Positions 26,543 to 39,180 of a stretch of DNA of 64,000 bases are shown here, piece by piece. How positions within the stretch are numbered: position 1 is the stretch's first letter; each line of letters opens with the position of its first letter. A model generated the notes under the pieces. That model had not been told where the DNA came from. It saw only the letters and a list, made by a program, of their open reading frames with translations, and made no database searches. The translations under genes and the position numbers were made by a program. Origin of the DNA: Fimbriosthenelais zetlandica (Eukaryota); NCBI GenBank assembly GCA_977030845.1, contig OZ365113.1:27528001-27592000 (forward strand). The letters are read 5' to 3'.

Positions 26543-26578
26543 TTCTCGCCTAGATTGTAATTACAATCTAGGCGAGAA
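26543..26578. repeat. Perfect 36-bp palindrome
   Basis: ttctcgcctagattgtaa|ttacaatctaggcgagaa; the second half is the exact reverse complement of the first, with no spacer. Confidence 0.95.
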
Positions 26579-29500
26579 TTAGGCAGATTCTCCCTTCAGA
26601 TTTATGAGATGCAAGGTGTGAAAAGAGTGTACAAAGGATCCATGGTCCTTTAATATGGGGAAGAACACACGCCGAATAATCGAAGTGTGGCCGATGGACA
26701 AATACCTGTCAAGATTTCAAACTTGTGTGAGGGACACTCTAAGCCTTGATCTTTTACATCCATTCTTCCCTCCAATTGCAACTAAAAAAACAGGCAGTAG
26801 TATTAGTACAATGTAGAATTGCTTTTATGACAAGACAGCTAAGTGCAAGGGGTGCCTATAAGTGAATATCTCTCTATGGTGAAAAGTAGGGATCTGAGGT
26901 ATAGAAGCTAGAGTATAGAAGGTGTTAAATGTTAACTCATCATGGTGGTACGGTCATTAATCTGTCACTCACACATTCTCCTGCCTTCAAACTGTCAACC
27001 ATTGGACGACAGATATCGGTCACTCCGGTGTAAACAATTACAATTCCAGGTGTTGACGAGTTTGGTGGTATAGCATTGGCTGATAACACAGAGAGTTGAT
27101 AGCCGCTCTATTGATACTGTAAAGCATGATAATCCTATCATAGACATCCTTCAACCAGTTCTCATATAGGTCTTGAATGGGTTACAAAATGAATCTGTTA
27201 TCAGCTATGCATCATGTATTTTTGGAACCAGAGCTATATATATATAAGAGGTCAATTTCTGGGAATACTTCTGTTATGGCCTATATTTTAAATTATCTAG
27301 CTGGGGAGACTAAACTAACTACACTTGGTATGGTGGCCAAAAGTTACTAGACTAAACTATTGACATTTACTTTTACAAATACATTCATAACAGTATCTAC
27401 ATGTAACAATGTATTATGGCTTTAGAATTGGGTCTGTTATATTAAAACTAATACAAACACGAGAACGAACAACAAAAATTATCCTATAGTGCTGTCATCA
27501 TGAATAATGTCGATTCATATACATCACATGACAGGTGATGATGTTTCCACTCGGTAGGGGGCGTGTGGGCCACCATTTACATATGTCTCAGTCTGTTTTC
27601 TAATCACCAATGACAGCCCATGAACGTTTGGTGGTGAACTTTTCTGTCATATTTCATCTTCCAACTTATGAGGGTCCATTCTTTTACATACAGTCAGTCC
27701 TCTTTCCTGGCTTGGGTTCTGATGGTTGGAATACCAGTCTGGATTCGTTATTGGTGTTGAAGGTTGCTTTCAGCACAAAGAGGAGTACCGGTGCATTCGC
27801 TTGGACATGGGTAATATATTTTTGTGCCACAGTTTTCCCGCTGCAACTTACTTTACTTGGTTTGCTCGAGATTATCGCGATGAAACTTCCTGAATGCATT
27901 CACATCTATAAGAATCTATACCTCCCATGAATAGTTTCCTCACCCCTTTCGGAGTTACCCAACTCTCTTTCAATTTAATCACCTTTCTTTGGTAGGGAGG
28001 CAGACTTTCGCCCAAAACCCCATGTGTATTTTCAATTAGGTCGGTAACCCTGCTTTCTTCTGCCTTAATGATTCAGTGATTTGGGTTTAATGACTGTTGG
28101 AACACTGCCTGAACGTACTATTCTCACAAGATAGGGACCAGCTGATCGTTTTTGCATCTGCGCATGCCCAACATGTGTACCTCGTTCATCACGTGATCTA
28201 GCGCGAGTCTTCACGGGTCGCGAGAGTTGAGCTCAGACGTCCGGACATATTAGCTTTTTCTCTGATACACAACTATTTCTCTTTGATATATGTCGAATCT
28301 CCAGGACTAAGAATGGTTTTTGCATCGCAATGGGAAGGGCAGGTTGTGGGTGGGTCCCACATGACGGCCGCCAGTGTGGGCCTGCTTTTCAGTGTTCCAC
28401 TGCCCAGAGTCAATATCCATGTTTACAGTATATTTGTCCTTATCTAATACTTTGTTAGCAACAGGTTTTAAAACACTTAGTTGCACATGAATGAAGAAAA
28501 ATGTGTCCAAAGAGACTAACACCCATAGTGTGCTTTTGACGTAAATGATCTCAATGAATTGAAGGAGATTCCTTTTGGTGGCACTGGGGTAACACTTTGA
28601 ATGAACATTTTTCACAATTTTCGAATGACGTTCGGTCCCTTTCAAGTGACATATATATATGGTATCAACCAATGAGAAGCATTTTCTTATCTGAGAATCT
28701 CCACGTGAACCCAATGACCTCCTTCCTGATTGGATGTGATGTCTCCCGGCTGTTGTGCTCAAAAACCTCACTGGAATCTCTGTAAGCATTGCATTGTGGG
28801 ATTTTGAAGATTCTGAAGCACCCATGTAATCAAGGCCATGTGTTAGCGGTTACAGTTGGTCATGATGCCGTTCATGACTTGTTGTACACCAATCAAGGTT
28901 GACTGATGCAGGAAATGGAGAGATGATACTCTGGCCTTATTTTGAGCTGTGGTCGGTGACTCCTGTATCTATATGTATGTCCAAAATAATAAGCATGGAC
29001 CTTGATCCATTTTCTTATTTATTTCTCACATTTTTCATGTTCTGTTAGATGATATTGGATGTCTTCCTTCTGGACCTTTCCCTGCCTATATCTTCTGGTT
29101 TCGGATCCGGTTAACATTGGATCTTCTGATCCTGGTTAGGCCTACCCTTAATTGGATCTTCATATTCGCCACTACTCTCGTACAATATTTGGACTCATTT
29201 GAATTTTACAACTTGAGTTAAACCAACGATTCTCTATACTAGTTGGTTAAACACAGTTGAGAATGAGAAGTATACCGTTGGCATTCCCTATACCAACGGG
29301 ACGGACATAATATATAAATATGTCAGTAGATCAATTTACAGATTATTATAGTGCACATGATCAGACGAATGAAGGGGTGGGAGGCCGCAGGATCGATATC
29401 AGTCGGGGAAATAAGCTACATCCTATCTTATTATAGTGATGCAAGGTCAAAAAGGTCATTGCCAATCACAGGGATTCAGTCGTTCCAGGAATGGTAACAC

Positions 29501-29813
29501 CAATAAGGCCCATTCAATAATTACAGTCTCATATTTCACCCGAGGCCATACATAACGTGTTAATTCTACTCTAACTTTGCCTGTATAAAACTTATATAAG
29601 GCTGAAGAACTCCGTATTATTTTAATAAGATGAGATCTTCACTCCAGTTCAACCTAAAATGAATTGGGACTGTAAGAACGATTTTGGCATCATTTGAGTC
29701 TGATCTGGCGTTCATTTGTGATCTATATCAAACTAATATATTCACTGCCACATGCCCCAGAATGTAGTAAATTTAATTTTTATATTAAAATGTCATATCT
29801 TTATGTTTTTCAG

Positions 29814-30275
29814 GCGGTATACAGTTATTCGAAGGTCGCATGCAAGTGTCATGGTGTCTCGGGGTCATGCAGCCTGAAGACATGCTGGAACCAACTGCCA
29901 CAGTTCCGTGAGACCGGGGCCCGTCTCAAAGACAGATACGACGGAGCTACAGAGGTGAAATTCAACAAGCAAGGAACACGATTAATCAGGGCTGACCGAA
30001 GATATAATAAACCTACAAAAGAAGATCTGATCTACTTGGATCAGAGTCCAGATTATTGTTTACCCAACAAGGAGACTGGGTCCATGGGGACTGCTGGTCG
30101 GAGGTGCAACAGAACGTCAGCAGGAATGGATGGATGTAACTTGATGTGCTGCGGCAGAGGTTATAACACATTTAAAGCCACAGTTACAGAAAGATGCCAC
30201 TGCAAATTTCACTGGTGTTGCTATGTTAAATGTAAAACATGTAAAAGAGTCTTAGACATTCACACATGCAAATAG
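29814..30275 (+). CDS. Wnt5: Wnt5, last coding exon
   Basis: gtttttcAG acceptor ending at 29813 (phase 0); stop TAG at 30273-30275. Contains [16 protein letters not shown] (the lipidated Ser motif), [22 protein letters not shown] and [16 protein letters not shown]. Confidence 0.98.
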   Translation, partial: AVYSYSKVACKCHGVSGSCSLKTCWNQLPQFRETGARLKDRYDGATEVKFNKQGTRLIRADRRYNKPTKEDLIYLDQSPDYCLPNKETGSMGTAGRRCNRTSAGMDGCNLMCCGRGYNTFKATVTERCHCKFHWCCYVKCKTCKRVLDIHTCK

Positions 30276-33066
30276 ACTTTTGGTTTTTGCAGTGATACAG
30301 ACGCTCATTTACATGTATAATTTACTTACAACTGCACATCATAATACACCAAAGACACACAGTGACATATATGTATGGACTTTAGCATTCATCTGACATA
30401 ATGAACTTACACATTGTTTTACACTATCAACCTACTCTCATGCAGGTTCGGAACATACACACACACTCATAATTTCATAGGAATCTACAGGACCTGCAGG
30501 ATATAATCTAATTTTCCTTCTTCTAATCCTCATGGATTTCACCTTTTGTTGAAAAATATTAAGCCAAGCACTGCTTCATATTGTTTTGAGTCATTAACTT
30601 TTGGGTAACGTTGGTTCGTTTTCATTTTCGTTACCGAAGTTTCAACACACTTTTTAACAACCGAAAGAATGTATTTATTGTAAATTTATCCTCCAACTAC
30701 AATGATATTACTTTCCGACCAGTGGATTCTCTATCACTTAGCTTCTTACCAATGGTTTGCAAATGATAACCAAAATCATTGCTCACTTTGGGACTGATAT
30801 CCAGAACTTTCTGTGTTGTATTGGTGCTCCTGTATTCTAGCTCCAGAAAGGCTAGGCTAGAAGACTCTCATTCAGTGGACTTAAAACTTCAGAAGAAAGC
30901 TAGAAAAGAGCTGGAGAAAGACTGGAGATGGTGAGTGGAACACATCCAACTGAAGGATGGACTCGTTGGAGAATTGAATAATAATTATAGAGGGAGAATC
31001 TCACTTAACCCTGCTCAATGCACAGGGTAACCTCAATCTTTAAATTACATTTGGAAAGCCAAACATGCCACAGCGACAGATGTAAGGCAAGTTTCTGTGT
31101 TCTCCTCTGGGTGGCAGCACTGAGTAGCTCAGAGCAGCACCATGATGGACATCTGCTATCTGTGAGGTGTTTCTAAACTGCTCTTACTTAAAAATAGACT
31201 GCCTAGGAACATCATCATAAGAGGAAATACTGTCAAAGGAAATTGAACCAAGAAGCCTCGGCACTGATTTAGATGACATTAGAGTCCGTGTTTCTATTGG
31301 CCAAAGGAATACAGTGGATTTGGATACAATCTTGTAGGTCTAAAGCATCCAGGCATCGATCTGAAAGCATTTTGTTGAATACACTTGCAAGGAGCACAAA
31401 TGATACATTGTGATAGTCAGTTTAGGAAACGAAGGCATTATTAAATACTGTCTATTCAGAGAAATTCTGATGTTGTATTTATCTATCTGTATGGAATAAT
31501 CCACCTTTCAAAACCGCGTAGAAGAGGAAAATGATTTTCTTTCTACATGTGCATGTGGCGGCACCTAGTGAGGGTGTTTTCCCGTGGAAATTTAGAAAAT
31601 AGTGTTCAGCACCAAATTCATGAGGGACAAAAAGAACATGGAGATTTTCGTTTACGCTCTAAGAAGGTCAGGATGCGGGAAAAATGAATCACGGCTCTGA
31701 AACTGAAGGATAAATTACATTCATGGTAAACTCACCGTTCCCATGGATACCAAGGCTTTGTTACTTGTAATTATGGACATGGAAGTGCAAAGAAGAAGCG
31801 ATGTACAGTAGAACAGCTTCTACCTCTCTGTGTTAATTGAACGTGTAATATAATAATAATGTCGGTATGATATTGATAATTATCATAGTTAATATTAACT
31901 GTTGTTTAGAGGCACACTCCTGGGGACGATGTCAATACATTGAGTTAGCTTACTGATGGTATTCGACTCATGTACTGCTTGGAGAAATCTAGGAACAGAA
32001 GTCCTTTTTTCCTGTATGGTGTATATACAGTAGATTATATTTTGAGTAATATATAAGTATTATATTTATTTTGTAGGATATACGAAAGTGTATTTTGATA
32101 CGTACGTCGTATTCAGTATAGAAAATCAAAGAAACTTTTGGTCTTGATGCGGAATAAGCTACTTTTTTCCAGAACTGCTAATTATAAACGAAATTATACA
32201 TAAAACATTTTATTCACATTAATATTTCATCTGTTACATTACTCTGAATGATTTATACGTATCTGGCAAAGATCCTGATCAAACTACAATTGAATTATTA
32301 ATCAAAAATTTTACTCGGAACTGCTATCAATTCAAATTATTCTTGTCTGTCTTGTGCAATACATTGAGATTTTAGATTTAAAGTTGGATCACTGAGATTA
32401 TTGAGAAATAAATGCTCACACCTGACTCCACAAACAACCAAGGGTCACTGACACCCAAAGGTAGAAAGCTCTTAATCATAATATTATTATTCTGCATTGT
32501 TTTCATTTTGTAAATAGGAATATAAATGTAGATGCAGATGTTTCAGATATGAAGATGTTGTGATAGAGTTGAGACATTAGTTAAAGGAAGAGAATTATAT
32601 CTTTGGTCCCAATATGAGCAATCATCTGTGTAGTTGTAAACTTTTATCATTGATATACTTTGACGATGTAATGATAATGTCTCTCTATATATGATATATC
32701 TATCTACACATTATACAGTGATATTAAGTATCGTCCCACTGTCTTATCTAGTTCTACACTTCTAGCCTTTTAACCAAATAAGATTTCTAGACAATATTCT
32801 TATTTATAGTCTGCAGTGCGGTAATTTATAAGAAGTGAGTTTCAGCGAGTTACCGAACTGTAATTTCAAATTCATCATAATGTCTATTTTAAGTTGTTTA
32901 ATTAAGAAAATCATACAAATTATGTCACTTTTCTTTTTACTGGAAGGTAATCTAAGGACTACTTTATGTGTAGTTGTTAGTGTCACTCATCAACGTATTC
33001 TGTCATAAGGGAATCCAACAGAGGTGTACACGTTTGACGATGTACGTACTTGTAAATAGAAATAAA
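30276..33066 (+). other. Wnt5: Probable long Wnt5 3'UTR (true end uncertain)
   Basis: AT-rich non-coding sequence after the stop, with ATTTA motifs. Candidate AATAAA signals at 32407-32412 and 33061-33066. The end cannot be fixed without transcripts. Confidence 0.45.
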
Positions 33067-34624
33067 CCTGTTTTATACATTCCTAAATTTTTTGTCTGTT
33101 TTGTAAGATATCTATACACCTACCTGAGACCTCTAGCCAGTCTTACTTTTGAGATATACAAGTAATGCATGGGTTATACATTATGCTCTAAGGGGCCATG
33201 CACTCTAACGCTTATGTAATTGAAAATAGATTCAACAGCAGAGGTCAACTAAATGGGGTTGCAGTAACTGGTCTTCTCAGCTAAAGAATTAAAAGAAAAG
33301 AAAAGACAATTATAAGGAACAAAGCATTGAAGAATGCAGTAAATATTTTCAGTTTATTTATTCCTAATTTGGTCCTGTGTACAAACTTTGGTACATTTTT
33401 TGTGACACATTGTAATTAGCTTTAGTCAAATAGACATCACACAATCACTCCTTCACTAAGGTGACAAAATGAACCAAAAATATCTTTAAACCAGCTTTAT
33501 GTACAGTACTATTGCAATCACACGAAGACAAAATTTTTTGCATACAAGTCTATAAGGGTTGCATCTACTTATTTTGCACATGATTTACAGAATAAATTTA
33601 ACATCTAGTGTGTACATAATGACGATAAACCAATGTTCTAACGACTGCCTGCTGTGTATAAGTGCCATGAGTGTAAGTGAGATCGATTTCCAGTTATCAT
33701 TGATGTGCAGTTACCTGGTGTTAGCTGAGTCAGGTTCTCTACGACTGGGGACCGCCTGGTGGAGAGTCATTGCACTAACACACGGCTATCTGCGGTCACA
33801 CCCTTCAAGCATGGCCGTCACTCTGTTCCCATGACCTTCTGAGACAACTGGCTACAATTTAATGTCCACAACAGTGCCTGGGATCACAAATCAACCTCTA
33901 AATCAACCAAGAGATGCTCACAGGTCTGCTTTAAACCAACGAAGGTATGGTTCAACAAAAAACAAACTTTATACCTGCAATACGGTCATTGTTTTGGGTT
34001 CTAAGATGTACAAATCCGAACTCCTATGACCAAAGACTTAAACAATGGATCTATCCGTTTGTGACCAATTAAATTCAAGAACGAATGGGCCTGTAGTTCT
34101 GTGACCAAATACACTGAAGAACAGAGGATGATTTCAAGGTAAGCCTAGATTATTCTGACCTGTTTTCGGGCGTGTCTCCCTACAATAGCTTTGGATATGT
34201 CTCTGAAGATCTGGAGTGGTTGCTGCCTCTAAGTCTTGTATTTCATTTCTCTAAGTTTGCCTCATGTCGTTTTCAGGCAACATAGTACCGTCAACTCAAT
34301 CATATAAGAGTCGGCCTAGGCCAATTATAAAGGGATCGTGGTATGGTCCTATAGTTATCGAAAAGTACTCAAATCTTAATTTTAAGCATATTGAAACCTG
34401 GGTACACTATATATACTGCAGAGTAGCGTGAATACTGATTACATGTATGTGTAATAGGCAATTCAGGTTATTGTGAAATTAACATGTAGCCTATTTCGTA
34501 GCCTATCAACTGGGAATATGAGATTCGTTTTAATAGATACGTGTATGAGAACTTGGCTAGATATATGCATTTAGACAGGCCTGTTTAATTATACCACTAT
34601 CCCTTTAAAATGCCTCATATTTAA

Positions 34625-34630
34625 TTTATT
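34625..34630 (-). terminator. Candidate poly(A) signal AATAAA of the minus-strand gene
   Basis: TTTATT on + about 520 nt downstream of the stop codon at 35148. Confidence 0.45.
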
Positions 34631-35147
34631 CCTTTGTAGATTTCATAGGGCTTTTGTTGCTTCCTTTGATAACCGTCATGTTCATGAATGTTATTAAAAC
34701 CGTCTTTGAAACATTTCTCAACTTTAAATTATACTAGTTATGGGTATTAATATGGCTTCCTAATTCGAAAGGATTAGAAAGATCAGACCCCAGGCACATA
34801 GTATAAACTAAAACCCTTAATCATTTAGACAGCTACTGATTATTGCCATAAGATTCCATCTTATAAACTACGATAGAGTCTAAAAGCTTGACAATTGAGA
34901 AACATCCATACACACTTTTGTTTCAAAAATCATTTTAAGTTGAGCTTGGAAAATAATGATCTCGTCCTTCGATTGTGCCGATCCTGGCATCAGTGTTGAT
35001 CGTTGGGGGTTGGAATGGTCCATGGTAGAAACTGGTAGGACATTTTCGTTCTCGTTTCCCTCACCAGAGAGGCTTGATGTGCTGGCCATGTTTGGAGAGT
35101 GTGCTGGTAGATGTCAGGTTCACCACCCTGCCACCTGCCAGCAAGGA

Positions 35148-35280
35148 CTAGTACCAACAGTAGGCCTCTATCTCAGAGACCTGGAGCCAATTGATGTACA
35201 TTTCATTGTGCTTGAAAGGAGGTGGGTATGGGCAATGGTAGAGCAGCTTGTCCATACATGGTTTGGCTTGTTTGTAAGCA
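35148..35280 (-). CDS. Small secreted cysteine-rich protein, last coding exon
   Basis: On the minus strand, ttattttcAG|T then GCT TAC AAA... gives AYKQAKPCMDKLLYHCPYPPPFKHNEMYINWLQVSEIEAYCWY*, with stop TAG at 35150-35148. The phase-2 start matches the donor of the 41607-41731 exon (AG+T = Ser). Confidence 0.85.
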
Positions 35281-37022
35281 CTGAAAATAAGACAAACAGT
35301 TGTTGAAAGATTGAGTTAAGATTGTCTTGACATTTAAACGGAATCGCATCAAATCTGAAAGTCGTGTCTTCCACTGACATGAAAGGAACCAATTAAAACT
35401 TAGTAATCAAAGTAACCTCTATGGCTTTTCCGAAACACTTGGTATTTGATCATTTATCGTCATTAGATCTTCATTAATCAGTACTTCTTTGGAAATCGTG
35501 GTTGGGTGGATCGGTATAGATCATAGCTATATATATTTTGTGATCTTAGGATCCTATAAAGCATGTACTGGCCTCACTTATAATATTATAGCAAGCTTTG
35601 GCATCATCGAAGATCTAATAAGAAAAATAAATTTGAAGTTTAGCATGAACCAGGATACGGTAATAGGAAATTCAATTAACAAGAGTGATATCATCCATTC
35701 CATACGATCTGATAAAAGTCAGACTGTAAAAAAAATCCATTGCGCTATTTCATATATAAGAAATCATCGATGCTCGTTGAGAAAGCATCGTCTGGCAGGC
35801 ATGGGTGGGTGAATGTCCCAGATAAGGGACAGCTTTGGCCGTATCAACTTCCCTAAATGGGTATTACCTCACAGCAATGGAATGGAAATGTTATCAGTGC
35901 AATATTGTGGAAATATTGGACACAGAGGCATTGACTATGGGCGTTGACTTTAAGGTTAGAACCATTGGCTTGCACTAGAACACGAACCGGCATTGTTAGA
36001 GTATTCTGCCATGAGCAAGAGGCGAGCAATAAAAGCCAATAATAGGCTAGTACGAGGAGAATGGAGGCTGTGTGTGTGGAAGAGATAAAGGCTATGACAC
36101 GTGGGGATCCTTATCCATACAGACAGGCTGGAAGGAATTTACCACCAGATTAATCTTTAACATCCATTAAAGAAGGTTGACACTGTATTCATTGACAAAA
36201 CTGTACTCTCACTTCTTAAATGTAGACACGGGATAGCCTATGGATTATTATGTAAATGACCACCACTTGTAATTCAGGACAGTTTATCCTGTGCCTTAAA
36301 GTGTCAGTTCCCCTTGAAGATTTCAAATTTGAATTTATTCAGAAACGAGACTAGAATTACTTCATTTTATTCTCGTTGATCCTAACCACTGACCCCAAGC
36401 ATTTCTCAGTAACCAAGACAACTGTGACAACGGTCGCCTCCTCAAAACACACTATAAATGTAACTTTATACAAAGAGTAGCGCTTATACATGTAGAACCT
36501 ATAAAATAGTATTTCCCTTTTAATCAAAAAAGATCACAAGGATTATGTGAATCCGATTACCAAGTTCTGTATGTCTTCAGAAATTGAAGGAGGGCTTATG
36601 CACCCAGACAGAACCAATATCAATAAATCTCATCAATTGTCCCACGCTGGAGGCTAGAAATGGCATCAACGAGGGCATGGACAATGAAGGCTCATACCAG
36701 AACAAGACCAGCCAACAATAGGGGCCAAGGGCCTCCTTGGTAAATTGTGCAATAAAAATCCTCATCCCTGTTGTCATTACTGGGAGTCACACAAACAGAG
36801 GCGATGACTTTTGGTTCAAATTACAGGGGAGTGAGTGTAGGAATGATGGCTATAGCTGACGTATTGTGTCTCCACAATGCTACCTCCTCCCCTCCCCTCA
36901 TACCATCCCCCATGTACCCACCCATTAGGACCACCCTACATGATGCCCCCATCCTCTTGTCAACACATCAATCTTTACATCACTCAGCCCCATGTACTCC
37001 ATGACAGAAGTCACCATTAAGA

Positions 37023-37210
37023 CAATGTCAAAATTTATATCATGGTTCCAGCCAGGTTAATTTGAGTTACAAAATATTTATGTAAAATCATTAATTCATT
37101 TTGTCATATATTGAATTAGTTCTCTTGGCAATGCCAAATTTGATTATGGTTCCAACCAGTTTAATTTGATTTACAGTTACAAAATATGTCTAAAATCATT
37201 TTGTTATTAT
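37023..37210. repeat. Degenerate tandem duplication, period about 106 bp
   Basis: caatgtcaaaattt...atggttccagccaggttaatttga...gttacaaaatat...taaaatcatt recurs from 37129 as caatgccaaattt...atggttccaaccagtttaatttga...gttacaaaatat...taaaatcatt. Confidence 0.8.
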
Positions 37211-39098
37211 GCCATATGGGCCTCCTGTTTCTGTCTTATACATAGACTGAGCAATTTGACATTCCATTATTTTAAATTTAACCTTATATAATCCACAATT
37301 TCACTGTCCATACCAAACTATCAATACCTTATATCTATATATAGGCGCCTGCCTAAAAGTAGTACTTAATCATTAGAATACATAGACAATAGACAGCTGA
37401 TGATAGCCTTTGTCTGGGGTCACATTCAATGATAAAGCTCTGAGACTAATAAGCATTTCGTGTACTACTTGCAACTACCACAACAGCCAGGCTAAGTAGC
37501 AGATGGAAATGGAGAATTGAAACAACCCAATGTTCCATTGCAATTAAGTTTAGGGACATATACAACTCCTCAGTATGTGTGAATAGGCTGACTAATGCAT
37601 CTCAAGTGGGAATTCCGATCCAGAGTTGAAACATAAGCATTGAGCACAGATCAGAGTAATCAGTCAAAAGTGGAAGGTACTGATGCAAATTGGTCTGATT
37701 AATATTCACATCCTTGGTGAAATTTCCTTTATAAGTGCCCTACAATGTCATGCGAGTTAGGACCCTTTCATTTCGTGCGGAGGTCAGCGCCAGAACTGCA
37801 GTCGTAAATTTTACTGCAGGATGACCTACTTCCGGTAATAAGTCAACGTCATCGTATTTGTACTAGATAACCCCTATTCAGTATATTGATGACCAGAAGG
37901 ATAATCCATGATGGGTTTTTAAACGTTAAAATCCAAGCCATGCCCATTTATGCTTTATAAGATGTGTCCTCTTTGATATTTCACTTCCTTTATGCGTCCG
38001 GCTATTATTTACCCTGACACCGCCTCAACAACGTCCATGCTCCAAACCAATCAAGTAAAACGCTGGCACACCAATCGGAGAAAATGGTGAACTAAGGCAA
38101 TGTCAGTGTTGACAGTAGATGTGTAGGGGTAAAAGGAAGTGGTGGATGTGACATGCAAAGACTAATTATATGCCAGGTCGTACCTCATTTCCGGTACCTG
38201 GGTCACAGAGATTAAATGGGATTGTTGTCAGATGCGTGACCCTCAGGATTCCTCCCCTCCTATACACACAATAAGAAACCATCACAACCTTTAGCTAGGG
38301 CTTTGGGATATATTTATATAATGTTTGATAATATTAAAGGTCCTTTTGACATTTAAATCTTCAGTCTTTTGAGAAGTTGGCACTGCACACTGAAAACATA
38401 CTCTCTAAAATGAGAACATGAATTGCAAGGAGAAACCCACATTGGTCTTTCCCTCTCCCTGCGCACTTCATTTCAAACTAATCATTGGACAGTTATAGTC
38501 TTGAAACTCACACGAAATAGATGGATGGTTTGAAAACTCAGGATAGGAACCACTTTGAATAGTCTTTGTGCATTATCCTGAATATGAGTCGTCAGCGTAT
38601 GATGAAGCTGTAGATATTGGATATCAAGGACAGGGATTATAATGAAGGCCCTTTAATAACAACATCAGATGATCAATCATAAGAAGCCAGCCTCCCGAAC
38701 AAAGCTCTGTGCTAGCATATTCCCCATTAGTCATATTTGATGAAGGGAACCTCCCTGATACTCTGTCATCAACTTCATGAAACAGACTCAAATGCCATTT
38801 TCCTATGTGCCAGACAAACATAATTATTTTAAAAGTCTGTCCTTTTGTCATTTCGCCTATTTAGTCCTATAGAGAGTTCTACTACTATATATATATAGCC
38901 CTTATCCATGCATGTTTGCCCAATAATTAACTTTTTGCATAATTAGAAAACACTTCTTTGTCGGTTTATGCCTGCTAAACAACCGATCAAAATATCTCTT
39001 CAAGAAATTAAATATTTTCGTTTATACTCATGACAAGTTGCTCCTTAGATATTAGCATTGCCTACTCAGAAATATGCCGTCAGAACGTTCATCAGCTA

Positions 39099-39171
39099 GC
39101 CCGGTTAGCTCAGTCGGTAGAGCATCAGACTTTTAATCTGAGGGTCGTGGGTTCGAGTCCCACATTGGGCG
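39099..39171 (+). tRNA. tRNA-Lys-TTT: tRNA-Lys, anticodon TTT, intronless
   Basis: 73-nt cloverleaf: acceptor GCCCGGT/ATTGGGC; D arm TAGCTCAGTCGGTAGAGC (A box); anticodon stem TCAGA/TCTGA with loop CT-TTT-AA (anticodon 39132-39134); T arm GTGGG-TTCGAGT-CCCAC (B box); discriminator G. Confidence 0.97.
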
Positions 39172-39176
39172 TCTCC

Positions 39177-39180
39177 TTTT
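39177..39180 (+). terminator. Pol III terminator (T4) of the tRNA gene
   Basis: TTTT run 5 nt after the tRNA 3' end. Confidence 0.7.

Noticed and set aside
33711-34138. Possible second Wnt (Wnt5-Wnt7-type linkage): AWWRVIAL and FKNEWACSSV resemble Wnt WW and QFRNRRWNCS motifs
   Set aside because: The motifs lie in short frames broken by stops, the Cys pattern and spacing do not fit, and no downstream Wnt exons exist in the window.
38334-38656. Second TTAA-flanked element with AGGTCCTT/AAGGCCCT termini
   Set aside because: The inverted match is only 7 of 8 bp and does not extend, so it is compatible with chance.
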